Below, in pieces: positions 10,998 to 20,000 of a stretch of DNA of 20,000 nt. The notes under the pieces are model-generated. The model was not told where the DNA came from. It made no database searches and saw only the letters and a list, made by a program, of their open reading frames with translations. The translations under genes and the position numbers were made by a program. The stretch spans positions 110,340-130,339 of the forward strand of contig NOWV01000203.1 in NCBI GenBank assembly GCA_003344405.1, read 5' to 3'. Origin of the DNA: Trichoplax sp. H2 (taxonomy: Eukaryota). Position 1 is the first letter of the stretch. Each line of letters begins with the position of its first letter.

Positions 10998-11560
10998 TTA
11001 GCAGAAGTATGCTTTGCGCATATAATTAAGAACGATCTCTTATAAGAGATTACTCATGAATACAATGTAGTTGAGAGATTGACTACTGCAGTGATGCTGA
11101 ATTGAGCAATATTAGCCAATAGATAAAATAAAATGATACTCATGGATCAAAAGGTTGTTAATAGGATCAAAGTAGACTAACTGCAATAATATCATTAGAC
11201 ATACAAGTATTAAAAGGGTTATCCTAAATAGCTAATACCAATGATATTACTCTTCGAGCAAGTCAGAATCGCGTAAAATTTTCAGTTTCAAGTTTCTCGA
11301 GTTGGGATACAAAAAATAAAATAAAGGTCCATCCAAGTATTTATTAAAAGGCTATTTTTGAATAATTGCAATTTACAAAACAAATTAGCTATATCAACAA
11401 AGATAATGCGCCTATTTAAAATTATCTCCTGATTCACAATCTTGATCGTAACGTAAGAATAGAAATCTCTACAGTTTATTCCATTTGTCCGAAACTGGTA
11501 ATTAACGATAAATGTCTAAATGCAATGTCAGTAACATTTTAATAAAATCTATTGCTATCG
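10998..11560 (-). pseudogene. Degraded rhodopsin-class GPCR with internal deletions
   Basis: Minus-strand pieces in 7TM order: NVTDIAF..LITSFG (N-term/TM1), ISILTLRSRL*IRR*F*IGALS/VD (ICL1, TM2 LSxxD), NLFCKLQLF (TM3 Cys), LYFIFCIP (TM5), RF*LARRVISLVLAI/ITLLILVCLMILLQ (ICL3/TM6), ITAVVN/LNYIVFMSN (frameshifted NPxxY, ~11067-11080), YFC* (stop 10998-11000). Confidence 0.6.
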
Positions 11561-13015
11561 TGCAAGTTGCAACCGGTTATTTACGATATTATTACTAGCT
11601 ATCTTCTCATAATAATTATGGATGAAACATGAGCATTGTAAGTAAATAGTTGAGTCAGAGTCAGAATTAGAGAACATTATTTCTATTTCAGGTACATTAA
11701 TTAAAATAATAACTAGATACCATCAAGATGCATAATACATTTTATTTAATTTTTTCCTGAATTCAATGGACACAAATTACATTAATTAAATGAAGTGATG
11801 AAGTAGCACTTTCACATAGCGATGAGTTTGTTTAATAATGCAATTATAAACGTTAAATTATAAGTTCAGTTTGAAATTTTGAAAGTAGCTCCTTTGCAGG
11901 TTGAATTATTTTTTCTTAATTACTTTGCCTTGCATGCTTAAATTTAAATAGACAAAGAAACGATGTTTATATATTAATTATACAATTCTCTTTTTCGAAA
12001 ATAGAAGACTAGTGTTCTTCAATAATTTATTCTTCGATTCATTAAACAGTTCTGTTGTCAATTCTTAATTAATAAATTCAATTTTAATTGCGTGTTCGTT
12101 ATTGTGTGTTATCTTGCTGGCCAATAGGTAACTAAGCTAACATTTTGAATACGCTATTGAAAAGGTTAATTTTTTTGGAGTCTTTTTCGATAAGATTGTA
12201 AAAAATTTTATACAGATCACTTTGACTTACGTCTATAGCCAATTGATATTATAATATCAAGTGAATCAATTTTAGAAACAAATAGGCTAATTTCAGGTAT
12301 ATCTACAATTCCATTCCCGTCAATTCTTTACGGGATATTTATCCCATTATTATTATTTTAGAGGTCACGCCGAACTATTCATGGTACCATTGGCTATTTC
12401 GAAGCACACCTTTTATGCTAAATTAGTCCCTCATGGGTAAGCACAAATGAATAATTAACTCATAGATTTGAAATTTCATTTTAAAATATTATAATAGAAG
12501 GTTGTTTTTAAAGGTTTCCTTCATGAATAAGGCTAATTTGCAAAAATTGAAGAATAGATGAATCATCAGGATAATAATTGTAAATATTCAATGGCTAAGA
12601 TGACACCAATAGAATTCTAACTGGACTGGATAATTAATTTGGATAGTAGTAAATCATCTTCAAGAATAAGTTTATCATATTATTTTGCATCATTTATTCA
12701 ACGATATCTCTTTCGGCTCCAGATATTGTAATAAAAAGTCTTAGCCGGAAATGATCGACAGCGAATAAGATAACATCGATATCACTTATTAAAGTAATTG
12801 AATAATTGTCTTCTTTCAAAACTTTTAATAGAAATTGTGAGAACAGAAATTTTCTCATTTTATTTCTCCCAAATGTGATAGAGGACCATAGTAATAACAT
12901 CATTTAAACAGAAATCAGAATTAACGAGGCCGTTTATTAGCAACTTCAACACATTTTTAGTTTGAAGTTTAATCTTTGGATTATTATCTGTTAGATAGCA
13001 CCATAACAAATCTCC

Positions 13016-14173
13016 ATGAATTCTTCGCGTGGTAATGGCCTTGGTTATGGTCATGGAAATATGGACCTAGGAAATATGAGTCATGGAAATATGGGTATAG
13101 GGAACTTGAACCATGGAAATATGGGCCAAAGCAATAGGGGCCAAGGACATATGGGTCATTCATCACATAATAATTCTACCATGAATATGACACATATGAT
13201 GGCCACTCAATTACCACCCGATATAGTGATAGCCTTTATTACCTTAACTTTATTAGCCTTTATAGGTTTCATTATTAATGCTATCCTTGTTATCATCGCA
13301 ATTCGTAGTAATCACAAGAAAACCGCAGCTGATGGTCTTGTTGCACATTTATCTATCTGTGATCTATTAACGACTATACCAACATTAAGCTACTGCTCAG
13401 TTATTTTCGTTTTTCGTGGTTTCGGTTGGCCAACGCAATTGATGAATATATTATGTAAAGCAACTATTTTCTGCCTCACTTTCTTCTATTCTTTAACTGT
13501 AAGTACTTTAACATTAATGTCTATAGAGCGATATCGTGCTATTATTTATCCGATGAAACCTCGTGTTTCTAGAAAGAGCTTGTGTATCCTATTAGTATTT
13601 ATGTGGCTGTTAGTCGCAATCGTTCCTGCCTTAGGCATAAAAAATACTGCCGTTGATCCTCATAACGGATATTTATGTGTACTACAAGGTGCACATCAGC
13701 ATTATATCGTTGTACTTAATTTCAGCTACTGTGTGATTATTGGCTATATCATACCAGCTTGTATCATGTTGTATTGCTACAGCAAGATTATTAAAAAATT
13801 GAAACAAACATCCTTAACTAACAGAGAAAGCTTAAGGATAGAATCTCAACGCGAATTTCAAAAGAAGCGTGCTATCAAAATATTAATGGCGGTTTCTGTA
13901 GTGTTTATTTTAACTGGTATTCCTTTAGTTATCGGCTTGATTATCCACATTTACATGGATAGCAAACTGTCTCAATTGACACATTCCGATCACGATCTGA
14001 TCAATAGTTTAACATTGCTATTTTGGATACTCTTGCAATTTGCTCCTCTTTACAATCCTATTATTTATTTCGCCAAGAAGAAAAATTTCTGGCAAAATTT
14101 TAATCACAAGACTGATCCAGTTTTACATGTAAGTCAGACTGTAACAGCGATGACTCATTCAAATGCTAAATAA
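13016..14173 (+). CDS. Single-exon rhodopsin-like (class A) GPCR with His/Met/Gly-rich repetitive N-terminus
   Basis: 385 aa with seven hydrophobic segments: TM1 N (IINA), TM2 LSICD, TM3 LCK...SIERY, TM4 W, ECL2 Cys (YLCV), TM5 IIP..CY, TM6 FILTGIP, TM7 NPIIY. N-glycosylation sequons in the N-terminus. Confidence 0.95.
   Translation: MNSSRGNGLGYGHGNMDLGNMSHGNMGIGNLNHGNMGQSNRGQGHMGHSSHNNSTMNMTHMMATQLPPDIVIAFITLTLLAFIGFIINAILVIIAIRSNHKKTAADGLVAHLSICDLLTTIPTLSYCSVIFVFRGFGWPTQLMNILCKATIFCLTFFYSLTVSTLTLMSIERYRAIIYPMKPRVSRKSLCILLVFMWLLVAIVPALGIKNTAVDPHNGYLCVLQGAHQHYIVVLNFSYCVIIGYIIPACIMLYCYSKIIKKLKQTSLTNRESLRIESQREFQKKRAIKILMAVSVVFILTGIPLVIGLIIHIYMDSKLSQLTHSDHDLINSLTLLFWILLQFAPLYNPIIYFAKKKNFWQNFNHKTDPVLHVSQTVTAMTHSNAK
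13052..13156 (+). repeat. Coding minisatellite, 7 x 15 bp (consensus CATGGAAATATGGGT = HGNMG)
   Basis: Units encode HGNMD, LGNMS, HGNMG, IGNLN, HGNMG, QSNRG, QGHMG; His recurs every 30 bp (13052, 13082, 13112). Confidence 0.9.
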
Positions 14174-14282
14174 GAAACAAAGCTAACGGTCAATATGAGG
14201 AATTCATGTTCAGAATCATTACATTTCTAATGTGTATTCATATTTCGTATGACTAGACAATATAGTATCTATTTGGAATACG

Positions 14283-14288
14283 AATAAA
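14283..14288 (+). promoter_or_regulatory. Candidate polyadenylation signal of the GPCR gene
   Basis: First AATAAA about 110 nt after the stop codon; weak evidence in AT-rich DNA. Confidence 0.35.
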
Positions 14289-16001
14289 AAATATAGGATA
14301 GGCGTACATGCGCCAGAAAGTACGTCTAGTACATCGACGATTCTTATAAAAAATAGTGATGATGCAGTTACTCAAATATTTATAACTATTCTCTTTTGCA
14401 TTAAGTAGAGCACCTTCAGAATTAGATAAAACTTCTTAATAAGGGATGTCTAAATTGATGACATAAAATGATATTCTGTTTGCTCTTATAATTTATGAAG
14501 ATATTACTCATCCTTAAAAATACGACTATAAGATAATTATATTATATTACACGTAGAAAGTTATCAGGATATTACTTCCGATAGCAATGCCCAGCTGCAA
14601 CGTAAAAGCTACTAATATTAACTCTGATGTGCTTACATTCTACTAAAATACCGTAGGTATCATAGAATTTTTTTGATATGGGCGTATACATGTCAGTGAA
14701 CAATAAAGAATACTTATAAGCTCCAATAAATATCATCTGCAAAAAATGCATTAATTTTGTTTATAAAAGATCTTGAAGTTATTGCATACTACTATATTAA
14801 ATAAGTAGTCGTCTTCAGAATTAAAAAAGCTTTGACACGTACAAAATGCCCGTACATCAAAGTATAAGTTATACAAATATACTGCGATTAAACTCTGCTT
14901 AATTTAAGAACAGAACAACAATACTTTATAGCACTCACAAATATGGTAATGACTCATTATTAACCAGGCTGAAAGATATTATTTCATGTCCTTTTTATTC
15001 GTATCATGTAGAAGATGAAAACTTAATCATGACGTTTCATATAGTATCGAAGTAGGGGGAGAAAGAGTTACTTCAATAAGTTGCCAAAGTTAAGTAGTTA
15101 TGGTGGTATTACGTACAGTGATGGACATTTACAAAGTACTCTCATTTATCATGACTCATTAGATTGACTGCCATTTCTGCCTTAACGTACGAGGTATATT
15201 TTTCTCTTAGATAATCCAGTATTTATGATTATGTTATAAGTGATGATAATTTTACAAACTTTCATTACTGTTGATCAGAAATATATTCCGTTATTGATTT
15301 CTTCTTTGCTAATCAATATCGATACATCGACAATTAGATAGTTAATTTCGGTTGTATCCTGTAGCTATAACTACGTTATAAGTGTTGATAATTATTCAAC
15401 CTACTATTAGTATTGGTCAGAAAAGATTCTGTATTAATTTTTCCTACACATATTATATTTCACTCAATGCATGAAGCTGTAAATAAGTGATTAAAGCTAT
15501 AATACTTTTCCGATTGCTATAATTCGTACTGGTAAAATCATGTTTATACAGCAGCAATTACTATAACCATTTATCGGTAAAATTTTATATTATAGTCAAT
15601 TTTTATCGATAATTATAATCGAAAAATTTCTTACTTATAATTGCTCAATTTCTTCTTTAATATAAGTGAAGACTAATCTAATTTACAACTAATTAGCCGT
15701 AGGGCGAATAAATTCAGCCATTTAAATACGAATGTATTAATATTATCGCTACCAGTAAAAGACTAATCTTGATTTTACCGTATATTATATTACAAAATAT
15801 TATTAAAACTGTATCACAGGCTTAATTAATCACAAATGATGACAAAAGGTCACAAAATGGGATATAGTGCATTAGTAAGCAACTATTGTGATAAAATCAG
15901 CATTCCATGTGATATACTTGATATAACTTCATATTGCATGGAAATCTATGTTCATAAGAATTTTTCAAGAATATTATGCGACATCATTGTTTATTAGCCA
16001 A

Positions 16002-17402
16002 TTTAACATCATGAAATATTTATTACAATGTTATTATATAAGGCTTTTGTTGGATCAGAATTGTACAGGGAAATGAGATTGGAGCAGGTACATTCTATTA
16101 ATCTCTGCTGAACATGAAATAATTAGTAGAAAGGACGATTTCTATATATTTTGGAAGTTTAGCATACGGTGATACTGAAAAAGGAATGAATATGACTAAA
16201 TTACAGAAGACTATACAACGAGATTCTAAATTGTTAAGATATTTCTCAGCCACTCGAATACCACGATAGAAACTTATTTATGATTAGACCGCTCGCAAAA
16301 TAATTCGAGAATTTTGAGAATTAAGTTGTCGCTGGCTTTAATTTACACCGAAAAGGCTGTGATGATGTCTGTAAGTAAGGAAAATTGCCTCAAGTACAAA
16401 TGCTGTATTATTTTATCGTAAACAATAGTATTCTATGCACAAGAAGGTGCCATGTTACCACGCAATATATAATGACGCCAAATCAATATTATAGGTTAAG
16501 TGAGAATATAACATCAGGTTATAGTGAACTTTTTGAGATAGATTTATTTAGAATGAAAACTTATTGCTAAAAAATTATCATTAAAACTAAATTTAATAAC
16601 TTATTTNNNNNNNNNNNNNNNNNNNNTTTAACATCATGAAATATTTATTACAATGTTATTTTATAAGGCTTTTGTAGGATCAGAATTGTACAGGGAAATG
16701 AGATTGGAGCAGGTACATTCTATTAATCTCTGCTGAACATGAAATAGTTAGTAGAAAGGACGATTTCTATATATTTTGGAAGTTTAGCATACGGCTATAC
16801 TGAAAAAGGAATGAATATGACTAAATTACAGAAGACTATACAACGAGATTCTAAATTGTTAAGATCTTAAGTGGACTGTAATTAAGTAGAAAAATGCCTG
16901 GATCTGGTATACACATAAGTAGATCGAAAGTTATAATGTATTTAAATTTTATATGTATACCCAAAGTCATAAATTTAAATAGTTGACGCAAGAAAAGAAA
17001 CAGATGAAGTCAGAATTATGCGTGAGAATATGCTGACACATTTCTCAGCAACTCGAATACCACGATAGAAACTTATTTACGATTAGACCGCTCGCAAAAT
17101 AATTCGAGAATTTTGAGAATTAAGTTGTCGCTGGCTTTAATTTACACCGAAAAGGCTGTGATGTCTGTAATTTAGGAAAATTGCCTCAAGTACAAATGCT
17201 GTATTATTTTATCTTAAACAATAGTATTCTATGCACGAGAAGGTGCCATTTTACCGTGCAATATATAATGACGCCAAATCAATATTATAGGTTAAGTGAG
17301 AATGTAGCATCAGGTTATAGTGAACTTTTTGAGATAGATTTATTTAGAATGAAAACTTATTGCTAAATAATTATCATTAAAACTAAATTTAATAACTTAT
17401 TT
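16002..17402 (+). repeat. Direct duplication (16002-16606 and 16627-17402) abutting a 20-N gap; likely two alleles left unmerged
   Basis: Copy A ends exactly at the gap (16607-16626) and copy B begins exactly after it. They differ by scattered SNPs, a 3-bp GAT indel and a 174-bp segment (16866-17039) present only in B (605+174-3=776). Confidence 0.9.
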
Positions 17403-17558
17403 CTAATGAATAAGTTTCTTATGAATAAAATTCTATTAATATTATAATATCTAAACTAAGCAGCACAAAGCATGGGAAAGGAAATAGCATTGTAATATTA
17501 TAAACATATTTTTCTCTAGAATACAAAATATTTCTTCGAGAATAATCAGTTTCCCAAT

Positions 17559-18110
17559 TGTAATATATACCGATCACGAAATTCCAAATTTTAGAAAAAT
17601 AAGGGCTTTACTGAATCTTATACAAAGATTAACTACACACAGCTCTACTCTAGCCAAATACTAATACTAAAGACTTCTAGAACGAACTAACAGAGTAATC
17701 TAAAGTTGCATGCTTTTATACTTTTCGTAGCATTCGCAGCTACAATCCGCATGGCAACCTTTTACCTTATTTTACATATAGTTAAATCATTCTTAGTAAC
17801 ACTATTGTACTGCGAACCATCATTAACTCGATATGGATACGACTACAGCATTTACGTAGACATTATTCATACCAGCCAAAGTACAATAAATTAACCATAT
17901 CCTAATATATGATTTATAATTCTATTTTTACCGAGAACCTTATTAGTAACTCAAAACCTTACTGTATATAGTCATCTGTACTCTAGCATAGAGTCTATAC
18001 CACTACAGTCTATAGTTATGGCTACCAAATATCTCTTAGGATAAATGTCTACCGTACATTATACTAAACATGGCTAACAGTATACAATCACAATATTAAG
18101 TTGCATTACA
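17559..18110 (-). mobile_element. Solo LTR (552 bp), copy 2, opposite orientation
   Basis: Perfect terminal inverted hexamer TGTAAT...ATTACA; 5-bp TSD CCAAT (17554-17558 and 18111-18115). Reverse complement aligns end to end with 9729-10300, with a ~20-bp indel near 17950. Confidence 0.88.
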
Positions 18111-18973
18111 CCAATATAAAATGCGCTATACTGTACAGCCTTTCGAGCTTGATCTTGCGTAATAATAGTTGGGTAATTATAAAAACTAGGAATCTTTTTA
18201 ATATCAACTAAAACTTATGGGAAAAAACAGTTTATGATAAATTTGACATCACAGTTACAAAAGGACTTGAAAGAATTACAGAAAATGCAAATTCTCTGCC
18301 TTAACCAATGAAATACTATCAAATAAATGATATTGAAAATGTTCTACTTAATATCTTCTGAATTCACTAACATTTGCACTACTTAATTCCTGAATTACCA
18401 AATCCAACCACCTTTCATATAATACACAAAGAAGTAAGTGGTATGAGACTACTGAATCATTATTTTGATATTATTTAAAACTTAATTAGCAATTAATCAC
18501 TATAGTCAAAGTAAATTCTAATTTAGATCTCCAACGCTACTAAATTCATAATAGTCATTATTTAACCGGAAATTAATCCAGTCTACAGTATTTGAGTGTG
18601 CACATCATGCAATGAAACATTATTAAGACTGACTAGTATTCTTGAATTAGAATTTAGATCAAGATTTGGGATCAGACTGTGCTCTATGACAATAAAATAC
18701 TCGGATAACATCTACCGTACTTAGGAAATACATCAGCAGCGATTACAAAAATAAATTTACTTTCAATTTTATCACAATTAAAACACAAATATTATGATGA
18801 TTAAAAATAATAGTTGAATAATGTTGGGATTATAAATAAATTTGACTCAGTAACAAAGTCCTATACATAGAGAAAGAAGATTTATTACATGAGAGTACAG
18901 TACTGTAATGTATGATATAATCGTACTGTTACCGCACAACTTAGTGCTAAAACACTAACGGTCAATACTAACG

Positions 18974-19790
18974 TCAGAAACAGTAGTCATAGTTGCCATG
19001 TAAAATTTTTTGATATACGATTATGTGATTTCTATAAAATTTGAATTTTTCGGATTCAGATTCTGGAATGGATCGGTGTCCGATATAATTTTTGGAAAAT
19101 ATTGCGAGAATTGATTTTTGAATTTTATGACGTGACCTAACAGTTACATTAGGAAAGTTTAGTTGAGAAAGTAGTAAATAAGATGGCAAATGGCAGAGGT
19201 TGTGTTAGTTAAGTAGCTAGATAGCTATTTTTTGACAAAATCTTGATGTTTAAAGGTTAATTTTTAGACTTATAAAATGTTTTAATGAATAGAAATTACG
19301 TTAGAAATAATTCTTGATGTATTTTACGGTTGCTTTGTTGGTTTTATAGTGTTTTGTAAGGGAATCATATGGTAAAATGTGTCCGAACTTGTACTTTGAG
19401 TGATTTTTGTTTTCTTAAGTGGTACAAAGCAGCTTTCTAAAAATGATTTTAAGAGTGAGTGATTAATAAATGTTTAATTTTAAATATCACTGAGGGCTTT
19501 GCAAAGTCTATAAATAATAGTGCAGTGAGATAATTTAGAGTACAGAGTAAATAAAGATTCTTTTGAAGAACTTATTGAGTTTTGAAGACCTTCGTGGTCG
19601 AATTGTTGTAAGTGAAAATGTTCTTCTTTTTGTTAGGCTATTTGGATGTTGACAGTTTTAGTTCTGTTGCTTATACTTCTTCACTTACAATACTTAGAAA
19701 TATGTATATGAAAAGGTTCTTTGATCTATCTCTATCAGATTGTTAACAAATAGTTCGGTTGTTTCCCCAATTTTTATTTAGTGTCAAAGT
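18974..19790 (-). mobile_element. Degenerate non-LTR retrotransposon (CR1/L2-like) ORF2 reverse transcriptase remnant
   Basis: Minus-strand motifs in LINE RT order: DRSKNLFIYIFLSIVS (cf. NYRPISLLSIVSK), HLQQFDH (cf. QFGF), LTALLFIDFAKP (cf. FIDFSKAFD, ~19497-19530), LLKSFLES (cf. WLKSFL), and C-terminal NHIIVYQKILHGNYD (cf. DLI-x-x-YKILHG). Many stops and frameshifts; YADD not found. Confidence 0.65.
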
Positions 19791-20000
19791 TTCGTTAAGT
19801 CGACCACAAGTACATATAAATCACTACATCCCACAAACTAACATTTTTAACCCAATAAAAATTCTATTTTCGAATTGCTTAAAACTCTTATATGAAATTT
19901 TAATATATCTTAGTGATGAATTGTATATTACTTGATTATTGGCCATCTTTATTATGATGTACGACAGTTAACTTTCTATATTAATCACAATGCACATTGA

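Noticed and set aside
10408..13156. CRISPR-like or other prokaryotic array/defence system
   Set aside because: Repeats here are spacer-less tandem duplications in a eukaryotic, intron-bearing context; no cas-like or operon structure.
12694..13166. Three short minus-strand ORFs, including the PYFHG-repeat ORF
   Set aside because: The repeat ORF is the antisense reading of the GPCR minisatellite; the others have no coding evidence.
13016..14173. Opsin assignment
   Set aside because: No Lys at 7.43 (Gln instead), so no retinal Schiff-base site.
16385..16570. Paired 61-aa ORFs (also 17181-17366)
   Set aside because: TTG start; duplicated only because of the gap-flanking duplication; no recognisable motif.
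9729..18110. One composite DNA transposon with ~560-bp TIRs carrying the GPCR
   Set aside because: Outer flanks differ (GCCTC versus CCAAT) and each repeat has its own TSD, so these are two independent insertions.

Overview
Very AT-rich eukaryotic (early-branching animal) genomic DNA. The gene style (a long 42-aa TPR array in one exon, a single-exon rhodopsin-class GPCR, short introns) suggests a placozoan such as Trichoplax; this is inference, not verified. There are two intact genes: a large TPR-repeat protein (2440-5430, probably extended by small spliced 3' exons, one after a GC-AG intron) and a class A GPCR (13016-14173). The GPCR N-terminus is built from 15-bp HGNMG-type repeats plus an MxMxxM motif, resembling the His/Met copper-binding ectodomains of Ctr transporters. 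Features the ORF track misses: a decayed ATM kinase/FATC C-terminus (1-~400, minus); two oppositely oriented solo LTRs of one family with TG...CA ends and their own 5-bp TSDs (9729-10300, 17559-18110); a heavily deleted GPCR pseudogene head-to-head with the intact receptor (~10998-11560, minus); a perfect 61-bp tandem duplication; a probable uncollapsed haplotype duplication around a 20-N gap; and a degenerate LINE reverse transcriptase remnant (~18974-19790, minus).
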